From the IMG/VR virus record IMGVR_UViG_3300031688_000003, positions 1 through 64,000 of that record: 64,000 bases of DNA; one strand, written 5' to 3'. This DNA is from a virus. Numbering within the stretch: position 1 is the stretch's first letter; the number at the start of each line of letters is the position of its first letter. The notes under the pieces are model-generated. The model ran no database searches. It was not told the DNA's origin and saw only the letters and a program-made list of their open reading frames with translations. Position numbers and translations under genes: made by a program. Positions 10,233 to 19,264 of the stretch are shown piece after piece.

Positions 10233-10726
10233 GCAGCTTTCTTTAATGTAAGAAAGTTACTAGGTAACAAACCTTCTGAGATGAATTTGATTATAACATC
10301 TTCATATGTTATATTGAGTTGTTTGAGGGTCATTCTGTTAGTATATGTTGGATCTGTCTCTTTAGGATCTACTTGCATATACTTTGCTAATTTACTATGT
10401 TTGAACATAGCAAATACTTTATTGGCCTGTCTGTTACATATTTCTTGCTTCCAACAGTTAAGAACTTGTTGACTACGTGTCCAGACTTTAGAGATTCTTT
10501 TCTTCTTGTCTCTATGCATGATATTTAACTCTTCTTTCTTGTACATTTTAAAACCATGTAACACTCTTTTGAATAAGCTGTGTTGATATTGATTCAATTT
10601 TGTATAATCAATTGGTTGTACTAAGTCTTTAGTAATTGTTTGATATTCAGGTAACATACCTAAGTATGTGTATCTATCTAATCTTGATTTTATTTTAAGT
10701 TCTGCTAGTTGCGTTTTATTAAACAT
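10229..10726 (-). CDS. hypothetical basic protein
   Basis: ORF track; AACCAA leader. Confidence 0.7.
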   Translation of the reverse strand: MFNKTQLAELKIKSRLDRYTYLGMLPEYQTITKDLVQPIDYTKLNQYQHSLFKRVLHGFKMYKKEELNIMHRDKKKRISKVWTRSQQVLNCWKQEICNRQANKVFAMFKHSKLAKYMQVDPKETDPTYTNRMTLKQLNITYEDVIIKFISEGLLPSNFLTLKKAA

Positions 10727-10773
10727 TTTAGTAAGTTTTAAAGTTTGGTTGTTAATTTGAGGTGTTAAAATAA

Positions 10774-10816
10774 ATAGAGATTGCTACAAGTATATTATAC
10801 TTATGACAATCTCTAT
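10774..10816 (-). terminator. long hairpin/terminator
   Basis: ATAGAGATTG...CAATCTCTAT outer stem with inner AAGTAT/ATACTT stem; T-rich downstream on the minus strand. Confidence 0.6.
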
Positions 10817-10834
10817 CTAAAGGTGTTATGTGTG

Positions 10835-11461
10835 TTATAGGTTGAAGCTTACTTCTTCTTCTTCAACTAATACTTCTTCAGTAGATTCTTCTACTTCATC
10901 TACAATTTCTTCTGCATCTTCTGAAGCGTCAATTACTTCATTAGTTATCTCTTCAATAGAATCTTCTAGATCTACTTGATTTGATGGAACTACTTCAGTT
11001 TCTTTTACATTGTCTTTTAATAATGTCATAACTTCATCAGAATTTGCTTCTCTGATTGCTTGATTATTATTATGTGGTTGTAAATCATCCTCCATAGTCC
11101 CTGTTGGGTCATAGAATGATTTTCTATATATAGGTTCACCATCTTTACAACATATGATTCCAGTTCTACCAGCAACTTTTAAATCTCTGTCTGGATTATC
11201 TTTAGTAAATGGAGTGAATTGTTCTATTGTGTATATGCATCCTGGTAATACTTTCTTCTTCTTAATACCAATTGCTTTTAAATCTTCTACAAGTCCATGT
11301 AATAATGTACTCTTAGTTGATTTTTTTACCCATCCTGTTGTTGTGTAAGATGTACCTTCTTGTGTCAATCTAACATGTCCATAATCTGGATTGTTTCTTG
11401 AAATTCTGATTACACTACCCAATTCATCTTGGACAACGCATACTTTACCTTGTTCTGCCAT
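10835..11461 (-). CDS. hypothetical protein with long acidic tail, possible ssDNA-binding protein
   Basis: Beta-rich N-terminal part; about 50-aa Glu/Asp-rich tail ending EEEEVSFNL. Confidence 0.4.
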   Translation of the reverse strand: MAEQGKVCVVQDELGSVIRISRNNPDYGHVRLTQEGTSYTTTGWVKKSTKSTLLHGLVEDLKAIGIKKKKVLPGCIYTIEQFTPFTKDNPDRDLKVAGRTGIICCKDGEPIYRKSFYDPTGTMEDDLQPHNNNQAIREANSDEVMTLLKDNVKETEVVPSNQVDLEDSIEEITNEVIDASEDAEEIVDEVEESTEEVLVEEEEVSFNL

Positions 11462-11504
11462 AAGCTTTAATTAAATTTGTTAATAAATGTGTTTGAAAAA
11501 TTAT

Positions 11505-11765
11505 TTAGATGTCATCCCTGTTGAAATACTCATCTCTGAGCTTATCATCATTGGATATATTATCTACACCATATTTTTTATCTGCTGATAAAGGTTTTAA
11601 TTCTGGTGCTTTACCTTTTGAATAAGGTTTATAAAATGGATCATTCATATCCATAGTGTAAGACTCACTGAGACAGTCTAATTCTTTTAATTCACTGTCA
11701 GTCATGTCTAGATATTGGTCTAGTGATAACTCTATTGTCCTTCCACTTGGTAATTGATATAACAT
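11505..11765 (-). CDS. hypothetical protein
   Basis: ORF track; preceded by a TAnnTTTG promoter. Confidence 0.7.
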   Translation of the reverse strand: MLYQLPSGRTIELSLDQYLDMTDSELKELDCLSESYTMDMNDPFYKPYSKGKAPELKPLSADKKYGVDNISNDDKLRDEYFNRDDI

Positions 11766-11788
11766 TTTATTACGTAAATTTAATTGTA

Positions 11789-11796
11789 CAAATCTA
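11789..11796 (-). promoter_or_regulatory. Bacteroidota sigma70 -7 element TAGATTTG
   Basis: Matches TAnnTTTG, 24 nt upstream of the 11765 start. Confidence 0.55.
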
Positions 11797-11869
11797 CATA
11801 ATTATACCTTTTGTTATACATAAAAAACTTGAGACAAGCAAACTTTTTACTAGTTATATAGCTAAGTGC

Positions 11870-12115
11870 CTACATAATAATTAAAAATCTACCTGACCTT
11901 TTAACATATCCCATGTCTTTTAGTTCTTTTATTTTCCTATCTACTGTTCTTTGACTTATATTAGCTTGATCAGCTATTGTTGCAATAGAAGGAAAACATT
12001 TTCTATTTTTATTTGCATATGTACATAATATGCTATAAATACCTTTAGCTTGAATACTAAGTTCAGGATCTTTTACAACACTGCTACTTACAATACCAAA
12101 CCTTTCTTTGGTCAT
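11870..12115 (-). CDS. helix-turn-helix protein (HTH_36-like)
   Basis: LSIQAKGIYSIL...CFPSIATIADQANISQRTVDRKIKELKDMGY. Confidence 0.8.
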   Translation of the reverse strand: MTKERFGIVSSSVVKDPELSIQAKGIYSILCTYANKNRKCFPSIATIADQANISQRTVDRKIKELKDMGYVKRSGRFLIIM

Positions 12116-12180
12116 CCTGTAAGAAGTTGTATTATAACTACCAATACTATTCCTACAACACCAATAGAGAAACTAAGCAT
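12112..12180 (-). CDS. 22-aa hydrophobic micropeptide
   Basis: MLSFSIGVVGIVLVVIIQLLTG; starts 1 nt after the previous stop and its TGA overlaps the next ATG. Confidence 0.45.
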   Translation of the reverse strand: MLSFSIGVVGIVLVVIIQLLTG

Positions 12181-12181
12181 A

Positions 12182-12682
12182 CTAGAATGGTAACTCTTTT
12201 TCTGTCTTGTTGATTGCATAATATATTTCTTTTATTATAGTATCTTTCTTTTGTATTTCTAAACGTTCAAATGGTACTTCTTTTCTTGTGGTAATAAGTT
12301 TACCTTTATCATCATGTGTAATAACATCTACATCAAATTTATAATACCATGGATTAAACTCAGTACTGTATGACTTATCATCTGATATTATACCAAATAG
12401 TTTATTTTGACCTGCATAAATGTTATTGTCTCTAAGTATATCATAGTCTACATCAATAATGTCATACTTCTCATCATTTGGAAAGTAGATAACATCACCT
12501 TTCTTAACCAATACTGGTTCTTTCTCAGTGACTAATAAATCTATAAGTGTAGATATAGCATGATCTGATAGGTAATTATACATTAAGTTAATCATATGTT
12601 CCCTATTCTTCACGTTTGTTTTAATACCATCAAGCAGTATAAGTGCTCCAGCATCATCTGATATGTTTATATTTCTTTTCAT
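12182..12682 (-). CDS. hypothetical protein
   Basis: ORF track. Confidence 0.7.
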   Translation of the reverse strand: MKRNINISDDAGALILLDGIKTNVKNREHMINLMYNYLSDHAISTLIDLLVTEKEPVLVKKGDVIYFPNDEKYDIIDVDYDILRDNNIYAGQNKLFGIISDDKSYSTEFNPWYYKFDVDVITHDDKGKLITTRKEVPFERLEIQKKDTIIKEIYYAINKTEKELPF

Positions 12683-12700
12683 AATTCTTTTATTTCTTTT

Positions 12701-12728
12701 AAAAAAAGGGAGACCATTACGATCTCCC
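12701..12728 (-). terminator. intrinsic terminator
   Basis: Minus strand GGGAGATC-GTAAT-GGTCTCCC followed by T7. Confidence 0.75.
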
Positions 12729-12824
12729 TTCCCCCTCTCAATGTAGCTATGTGGTTTCCCACCTAACTACTCTCACTATATTGTATGTATATATATGGTA
12801 TATAATACTGGTGTTGTTAGTACG

Positions 12825-13361
12825 TCACTGATGACGTATTTTTATTAAATCCTGATACATTATTCTATATGTTGAGTCTCCATCTGTTGTACCATCTGTT
12901 AATTTTCTAAGTTGGTCCATAGATAAAGCTTTAATCATATTCCTAATGGAAGAGAGAGTTCTATTATGTACTCTTAAAATATTAAGATGTTCAAAACTGT
13001 CTTTAAGTTTAAGATTGAGATAACTCTCTTTGATATTGAACAGGTACTCATGGTTATTGAATTCAAACATTTCTCCTTCATCCATACTTACCTTGATAGA
13101 ATTATAGTTAAGTGCCTGTGAATTGTTGATCATACCCAGTTTCTTTTGTAACCATTTAGGTGACGGTTGGAAACCACAATAAGTTGTTTGTAATACATTA
13201 GACTTGTAGTCTAACAGATCAGTAACGCTTAGGTTAAAGAACGTTTTAAATATAGACATCATGTGTTCATTGGATGATATACTAATACCATACTTTATAT
13301 GTTCACGCTGTCTTATTCTTATTACGGTTGTATGATCAAATAGATCAGTCATTCCAACCAA
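12825..13361 (-). CDS. hypothetical protein
   Basis: ORF track. Confidence 0.65.
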   Translation of the reverse strand: MVGMTDLFDHTTVIRIRQREHIKYGISISSNEHMMSIFKTFFNLSVTDLLDYKSNVLQTTYCGFQPSPKWLQKKLGMINNSQALNYNSIKVSMDEGEMFEFNNHEYLFNIKESYLNLKLKDSFEHLNILRVHNRTLSSIRNMIKALSMDQLRKLTDGTTDGDSTYRIMYQDLIKIRHQ

Positions 13362-13638
13362 ATGTGATCACGAAGAATGGAAATACTATTCCAATCAATC
13401 CATTGTCCCAACCTATACCTATTGTGAACATTGGTACATATTCTATACCTACTTTGAATTTATGTTTTGGGTGTTGAAGATATAACATAGCACAACCTAT
13501 AAGAGCAGTCATGTCTACTATTCCTAATGCAAGGAACTCAATAGGTCCTGACAATAAGGTTATGATGATTATGTTCATGTATATTAATGCTACTGGTACT
13601 ATTAGTCCAGCTATTATTTTCTTGATAGTTACTTTCAT
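13345..13638 (-). CDS. membrane protein (2-3 TM)
   Basis: Hydrophobic 97-aa ORF. Confidence 0.65.
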   Translation of the reverse strand: MKVTIKKIIAGLIVPVALIYMNIIIITLLSGPIEFLALGIVDMTALIGCAMLYLQHPKHKFKVGIEYVPMFTIGIGWDNGLIGIVFPFFVITFGWND

Positions 13639-13660
13639 TTCTTTATTCTTTAATTTGTTA

Positions 13661-13813
13661 TTAATTGCCTAAGTGTATTGGACTGCCACCACAACCACCC
13701 TTTTGGGTGCCACATGATGTAAATACAAATGCTAAGGCTGTTATGAGTAGTGTAAATAAGATTAGAGTCATTGCTCTATCAAATTTGTTTACTTCTTGGT
13801 TATGTTTGTTCAT
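13661..13813 (-). CDS. small lipoprotein (50 aa)
   Basis: Manual translation ...MTLILFTLLITALAFVFTSC-GTQKGGCGGSPIHLGN; lipobox FTSC after a hydrophobic core. Confidence 0.6.
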   Translation of the reverse strand: MNKHNQEVNKFDRAMTLILFTLLITALAFVFTSCGTQKGGCGGSPIHLGN

Positions 13814-14006
13814 GAGTTATTATTTTTGATGTTTGGGTAACTAGTATGCTTATCCTATAGAGAGAGAGACAACTGATAGTATAGTATCATACATAGGAAA
13901 CATCTTTATTGCTATAAACTCATATCCATGCACTATTGCAAGATATTTCAGCAGACCTATGTTAATGATAGCTATATATTATATAATGGTAACATATTAG
14001 TTCTAT

Positions 14007-14036
14007 TGTGGTAATATGTGGTATTATGTGGGTATA
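14007..14036. repeat. three tandem 10-bp repeats (TGTGGTAATA/TGTGGTATTA/TGTGGGTATA)
   Basis: Read directly inside a roughly 420-bp non-coding gap. Confidence 0.7.
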
Positions 14037-14234
14037 TGATGTCCCACTCATCATGTAACACCTGTATTTAATTAATTTCCCTACCAATTAAAGAAGGAAA
14101 GATGAATTAAATAGGATGTAGACGGATAAAGGTTAGATAAGGGACAAGTAACTAGTATTTAGTCACATTGTCCCTATAAGTTGCGTCCACCCTTAAGGGA
14201 AGTAAAGGATACATCAAGTATCCTCACATATACA

Positions 14235-14543
14235 TTACGCAGGTGTTACCCATTGTAATGTTGTCATCATTGGAGACCCGTCATCATTCTTGTTGTTACG
14301 GTCTTCAACAAAGTTTCCAGACATTTTGAAACCTTTAAGCTCCTGATTAGGTTTAAGCTTAAGGTCTCGTGGATCAATATCCACTAGACAAAGCAAACCA
14401 AACTGTAAGTTTGTTTGAGTTCTGGCTTGAACTTGCTTAGGACCATCTACTGTGTTGATGGTTACAGTCTCAGTAGATGCTACTGCTGACTTACAAACGA
14501 TTGTGTTTGACCCCTCAGGGATTTTGTGAAAGAATACTGACAT
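14235..14543 (-). CDS. hypothetical protein, first gene of the minus-strand block
   Basis: Start MSVFFHK at 14543 with an AACCAA leader; codon use differs from the rest of the window. Confidence 0.7.
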   Translation of the reverse strand: MSVFFHKIPEGSNTIVCKSAVASTETVTINTVDGPKQVQARTQTNLQFGLLCLVDIDPRDLKLKPNQELKGFKMSGNFVEDRNNKNDDGSPMMTTLQWVTPA

Positions 14544-14758
14544 AATATGATTTTTTTGGTTGTATACCCAATGGGGGTACACCTCTACCTTTTTTAAGCT
14601 GGGGAGCAGAACAGTAGGACCTAACACTCATGCCACATATACAATTTTTCATTTAAGAATTTTTTATGTGGTGGGATTTTTGTATATTGAAAGGGTAGGG
14701 GGGGTTTGTTTAACAATCCATCTTTTATAAGAAAGAAGTACTAACCAAAAAATAATAA

Positions 14759-15124
14759 ATGAATATTCCTAAATTCTTTAGATTTTTTTTTATTAATTTT
14801 GAAACCAAAAAATTAGAACATATGTCTGTAAATGACCCACTAGATAAGTATGATAAGTTAGATGAATATCAAATACAAGAAGCTGAGTATATAATAATGG
14901 ATAAGGCGTTTAGGAATTCTTTTATGATCGTTACTAAAAAGAAAACCTTTGAAGAAGTAATGGAGTCTAAGGATGGTGCTTTATTAGCACATAATCCTGA
15001 TGATGGTATTACGGATTATGAATTGGAAAACATGATGCAGTATTTCGTAGATGAAGAAGAATATGAGAAGTGTGCTGTTCTTAAAAAAATGTATCCAAAG
15101 ATCAAGTGGGATATTCTTACTTAA
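14759..15124 (+). CDS. hypothetical protein with C-terminal UVR-like motif
   Basis: EEEYEKCAVLK resembles the UvrB/C coiled-coil motif. Confidence 0.6.
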   Translation: MNIPKFFRFFFINFETKKLEHMSVNDPLDKYDKLDEYQIQEAEYIIMDKAFRNSFMIVTKKKTFEEVMESKDGALLAHNPDDGITDYELENMMQYFVDEEEYEKCAVLKKMYPKIKWDILT

Positions 15125-15133
15125 AATAATTTT

Positions 15134-15793
15134 ATGAATAATAAAGAAAAGACTCCCCCAAAGGGAGCAATAAGTTTTTCTATTACATTATCTGATGAAC
15201 AAAAGGTAGCTAAGGCAGAAATTCTGAAAAATCCGTTTAACTTTATAATAGGTAAAGCGGGAAGTGGTAAAACTCTTTTAGCCGTACAGGTTGCATTAGA
15301 TCAAGTTTTCAAACGCCAATATGATAAGATCATAATTACTAGACCAACTATATCTACTGAGGATAATGGGTTCTTACCTGGATCTGAACGTGAGAAGATG
15401 GAACCATGGTTAGTACCTATCCGTTCTAATATGCGTAAGGTTTATAATAAATCAGATAAGTTAGAAAAAATGGAAAAGGATGAGACTATTGAATTAGTAT
15501 CCCTAGCTCACTTTAGAGGGCGTACATTTGATAATGCAGTAGTCATAGTAGATGAGTTCCAAAATCTAACTAGAGGACAGCTAGCAATGGCTATAGGTAG
15601 GTTAGGTAAGGATTCTAAGATAATCTTCTGTGGAGATTCATATCAAATAGATCTAAAGGACAAGAACTGGTCTGCATATCATGACATGGCTAAGTTAACT
15701 AATTCTAAGTTTGTATTTAAAGCTGTATTGGAAGATTCACATAGACATGCTGCAATAGATGAGCTGTTAGAATTATTAAATGGTTATCATTAA
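15134..15793 (+). CDS. phoH: PhoH-family ATPase
   Basis: GKAGSGKT, RGRTFDNAVVIVDEFQN, CGDSYQIDL, HRH motifs. Confidence 0.93.
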   Translation: MNNKEKTPPKGAISFSITLSDEQKVAKAEILKNPFNFIIGKAGSGKTLLAVQVALDQVFKRQYDKIIITRPTISTEDNGFLPGSEREKMEPWLVPIRSNMRKVYNKSDKLEKMEKDETIELVSLAHFRGRTFDNAVVIVDEFQNLTRGQLAMAIGRLGKDSKIIFCGDSYQIDLKDKNWSAYHDMAKLTNSKFVFKAVLEDSHRHAAIDELLELLNGYH

Positions 15794-15865
15794 ATATAAA
15801 ACGTCACCCATGGCGTTATAGATAAAATAAAAGTATTTACACTTTATTTATTTAAACTTTTTTTG

Positions 15866-15873
15866 TATCTTTG
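15866..15873 (+). promoter_or_regulatory. Bacteroidota sigma70 -7 element TATCTTTG
   Basis: Matches TAnnTTTG, intergenic upstream of 15911. Confidence 0.65.
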
Positions 15874-15910
15874 TACTATAATTAACTATTAATAATTTAA
15901 AACCAATATT

Positions 15911-16252
15911 ATGGCAGATCAAAGTGCGGGTAACTACTCTGATGAAGAGGTGCAGTTATCAAAAGAAGAAGTAGAAGCAAGAAGAGCTGAAGTAACAGCT
16001 TATTACAAAGACAGTATCAAAGACCTTAAAGTTCAGAAAGAATATGAGGAATTATTAAGAGACATTGAGGTAACTCGTTCTGAAAGAGTACAATCTCAAA
16101 TGTATCTTGCTCAAATGATGTCAGGACCTAAAGAAGGAAATCCAGAAGATATAAACAGTGCAAGATCAGAAGCTGTAAGACAAGCATCAGAAGATTGGGA
16201 TGCAGATCAAGCTAAAGCTCCACCAAAGAGAACTCTTAAAAAACAAGACTAA
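15911..16252 (+). CDS. hypothetical coiled-coil protein
   Basis: ORF track. Confidence 0.7.
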   Translation: MADQSAGNYSDEEVQLSKEEVEARRAEVTAYYKDSIKDLKVQKEYEELLRDIEVTRSERVQSQMYLAQMMSGPKEGNPEDINSARSEAVRQASEDWDADQAKAPPKRTLKKQD

Positions 16253-16875
16253 TGAAGTACGGGAGAGAGGTGCTTCAAAGAGCTTTAGATTCTAAAGGAT
16301 ATAAGTATTTTACAAATGGTGATTATAATTTAAATATTATAGGTATTAGAAATGCTGATACTGATGATATGGTTACAAATAAATTTGATGACACTATAAC
16401 ATTATCCTATAAGAAAGATGGAGAGTGGCAGTATCATGAATTTGATTGTACCACTGATCCTGGAACCCATTGGGTAGATAATATATTAAATGAGGATGGT
16501 GTAGCTATTTTAAAACCTGGACAATATCCTAAGTCTCATAAGATCAGAAAGCATCAAGGTAAGTATGAAGCATTAGGTCAACAAAATCCTGTAACTGTTT
16601 ATAGAGATAAGAATAGAGATGATATTTACAATATGAATAAAGAAAATACTGATACTGGTTTATTTGGTATCAATATTCATAGAGCTACTAGCCGTGTTGG
16701 AAAAACTTCAACTCAAGTGGATAAGTGGTCAGCAGGATGTCAAGTTATTGCATCTAATGATGATTTTAAATTGTTTATGAAGATATGTAGAAAAGCTAAA
16801 GCTGTATGGAGTAACAACTTTACTTATACTTTAATAACAAGCAAAGAAACTGATAGGACAAAAACCTGGATATAA
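16252..16875 (+). CDS. putative endolysin, L,D-transpeptidase (YkuD)-like fold
   Basis: GINIHRA...WSAGCQV = His...S-x-G-C catalytic arrangement. Confidence 0.6.
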   Translation: MKYGREVLQRALDSKGYKYFTNGDYNLNIIGIRNADTDDMVTNKFDDTITLSYKKDGEWQYHEFDCTTDPGTHWVDNILNEDGVAILKPGQYPKSHKIRKHQGKYEALGQQNPVTVYRDKNRDDIYNMNKENTDTGLFGINIHRATSRVGKTSTQVDKWSAGCQVIASNDDFKLFMKICRKAKAVWSNNFTYTLITSKETDRTKTWI

Positions 16876-17234
16876 TGATAGTAAAGAAAGTAGAAAAAAA
16901 AGTTAGGATGAGTAAGGATGAGGTTATAAAATACCAAATCCTTACTTATTGCTTTCTTAATGACATACAAATAAGCTTGTCAGATTTATTATGTTTATCT
17001 GAACTTGCAAAATTAGAAAGTGCAGAACTTACAAAGTTTTGTTCTCTTATATCAGATAAAAAGATATTTAAGAGTTCACAGTCTTGTAGAAATGCAATTA
17101 CTAAGGCAAGTAAGAAAGATCTAATAATCAAAACAGGAATTAATAAAAAGAACATTACACTAAATCCAAAAATAGAGATACAAACAAAAGGTACTATATT
17201 ATTGGATTATAAATTATTAGGAGTTGAATCCTAA
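16875..17234 (+). CDS. hypothetical protein, possible winged-helix
   Basis: ORF track; helix pattern with IFKSSQSCRNAITKASKKDLI. Confidence 0.55.
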   Translation: MIVKKVEKKVRMSKDEVIKYQILTYCFLNDIQISLSDLLCLSELAKLESAELTKFCSLISDKKIFKSSQSCRNAITKASKKDLIIKTGINKKNITLNPKIEIQTKGTILLDYKLLGVES

Positions 17235-17583
17235 AAAGTATAAAGATCTTTATCCTGAAATTGCAAAAGAATGCAATGCACATGCTGACTTAGTTGGTAA
17301 TCTAGTATCTTTTTATTATGGTAGAGTTAGAAAAGCTTTATCTGATTTAGATGCAAGTAAAATATACATACCAAATTTAGGAACTTTTACACTAAGAAAG
17401 AAAAGGTTAGAAAAAAGTATTAATAGAAACAAGGATATTCTTGGTAACATTCAAAAAAATACTTACAAAGGATATGGTAAACACATACCTGTAAAAGAAA
17501 AGATTGAGATACTTGAAAAGGCATTAGCTAATATGAATGAAGAATTAGAAACCAAAAATAAATTTAGAGATGAAAATAATTAA
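17224..17583 (+). CDS. HU/IHF-like DNA-binding protein
   Basis: IYIPNLGTFTLRKKR resembles the HU GFGxF-x-x-R arm; TTG start; IHF-like genes near the terminase are typical of crAss-like phages. Confidence 0.6.
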   Translation: MNPKKYKDLYPEIAKECNAHADLVGNLVSFYYGRVRKALSDLDASKIYIPNLGTFTLRKKRLEKSINRNKDILGNIQKNTYKGYGKHIPVKEKIEILEKALANMNEELETKNKFRDENN

Positions 17584-17890
17584 ACTATTATCTGCAATTA
17601 AAAATGTTGATCAAATTTTTGAAGGTGTTAAAAATAACATTTTCAGATCTGATGATGTTGAACTTGTTGCAGCTGAAAGATGGGATATATGTAAAGAGTG
17701 TCCATCTCTTGATAATGCAGGTAAAAATTGTGCAGCTCCAGGAACACAACCTTGTTGTTCTGATTGTGGGTGCTCATTGGGTTTTAAATTGAGAGCTTTA
17801 TCATCTTCATGTCCAGTAGGACAATGGGATGCAGTACTATCTGAGGAGTTAGAAAAACAATTTAAAGATAAAACAGGATATAAAGAATAA
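17570..17890 (+). CDS. Cys-rich small protein (putative Zn-binding)
   Basis: RWDICKECP...CCSDCGC...SCPVGQW. Confidence 0.7.
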   Translation: MKIIKLLSAIKNVDQIFEGVKNNIFRSDDVELVAAERWDICKECPSLDNAGKNCAAPGTQPCCSDCGCSLGFKLRALSSSCPVGQWDAVLSEELEKQFKDKTGYKE

Positions 17891-17894
17891 AATT

Positions 17895-18722
17895 ATGGCA
17901 GTTATATTTAAAGAAGAAGGTCACATATATGAGAGTCTAGATGATAATCTAGATAAAGATAAAATCAACTGGACTAGTGTTACTAGTTTTGTAGGGAAGT
18001 TTAAACCTAAATTTGATGCTAAAGGTCAGGCAAAAAAGTCTGGTAAGAATAAGAGGTCTAAGTGGTATGGTATGACACAAAAAGAAATACTAGATGCTTG
18101 GAGTAATGAGACAGATAGAGCAATTGGTTTAGGTAATTGGTATCATAACCAAAGAGAAGAAAACATTTGTGAGTTTAATACTATTGAAAGAGAAGGTGTT
18201 AACTTACCTATTGTAAGACCTACTATAGATAAGGCAGGTATTAAGATTGCACCAGACCAAAAGTTAGAGGACGGTGTTTATCCAGAACTTTTTGTATATC
18301 TAAAATCATTAGCTATATGTGGTCAAGCTGATTTAGTTAGTATTGTTAATGGTAAGATTAATATACTTGATTATAAAACCAATAAGGAAATAAAGGAAAA
18401 AGGATATACAAACTGGGAGGGTATTACTTCAAAAATGTATAATCCTGTAAGTGATCTTGATGATTGTAATCTAAGTCATTATAACTTACAATTAAGTTTA
18501 TATGCTTATATTATTAAGAAGCATAACCCTAAATTGAAGATTGGCAAGTTAATAATTCAACATGTTTCCTTTGAGAAGGAAGGTGAGAATGAGTTTGGTT
18601 ATCCAATAACTAAGTATAATGATCAAGATGAACCAATCATCAAAGAGATTAAAATGTATGAACTACAATACTTAAAAGATAAAGTAGACAGTTTAATAAT
18701 GTGGCTTAAAGATAATAAATAA
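17895..18722 (+). CDS. PD-(D/E)xK nuclease (RecB/Cas4-like)
   Basis: GQADLV...ILDYKTN...YNLQLSLYA. Confidence 0.85.
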   Translation: MAVIFKEEGHIYESLDDNLDKDKINWTSVTSFVGKFKPKFDAKGQAKKSGKNKRSKWYGMTQKEILDAWSNETDRAIGLGNWYHNQREENICEFNTIEREGVNLPIVRPTIDKAGIKIAPDQKLEDGVYPELFVYLKSLAICGQADLVSIVNGKINILDYKTNKEIKEKGYTNWEGITSKMYNPVSDLDDCNLSHYNLQLSLYAYIIKKHNPKLKIGKLIIQHVSFEKEGENEFGYPITKYNDQDEPIIKEIKMYELQYLKDKVDSLIMWLKDNK

Positions 18723-19240
18723 TGCTAGTAAAACTATTTGATATACAAAACGGAAAGGTGATACCTTCAGAACATTGTTATACAATTAAATCATTAAAAT
18801 CTATTATGGATAAATATCCAGATACATTTTTATCTGTATATTTGTATATATTTTATATGACTTGTCCTGATCCAGATATGAATCCTTTTTTTAATATACC
18901 AGAACATGAAAAAGAAGATTTAATCATAGAAGAGGTGGGACTTGAAGAATCAACTGAAGATGTAGAGATAAGACAAGCTGTAGACATGTGTAAAGAAATG
19001 TATCAAACACCAACGTTTAGAGCCTATAAAGGAATCAAGTCAATGCTTGATAGACTAGCTAGATATATGGAAACTACGTCTATAGAACACGGTAGAGATG
19101 GAAATTTAACATCATTAGTAAACACTGCTGCAAAATTTGACCAGATTAGACAGTCATTTAAGGGTGCTTATAATGATATGAAAGATGAACAAAAAAGTTC
19201 TGTCCGTGGAGGGCAAGGACTTGCATATGACCAAATGTAA
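18722..19240 (+). CDS. conserved protein upstream of terminase, candidate small terminase subunit
   Basis: Position, helical character and size only. Confidence 0.4.
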   Translation: MLVKLFDIQNGKVIPSEHCYTIKSLKSIMDKYPDTFLSVYLYIFYMTCPDPDMNPFFNIPEHEKEDLIIEEVGLEESTEDVEIRQAVDMCKEMYQTPTFRAYKGIKSMLDRLARYMETTSIEHGRDGNLTSLVNTAAKFDQIRQSFKGAYNDMKDEQKSSVRGGQGLAYDQM

Positions 19241-19264
19241 TTATTAATATTTAAAACCAACAAC

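Noticed and set aside
15134-15793. PhoH as a novel auxiliary gene
   Set aside because: PhoH is common in aquatic phages; listed as a feature only
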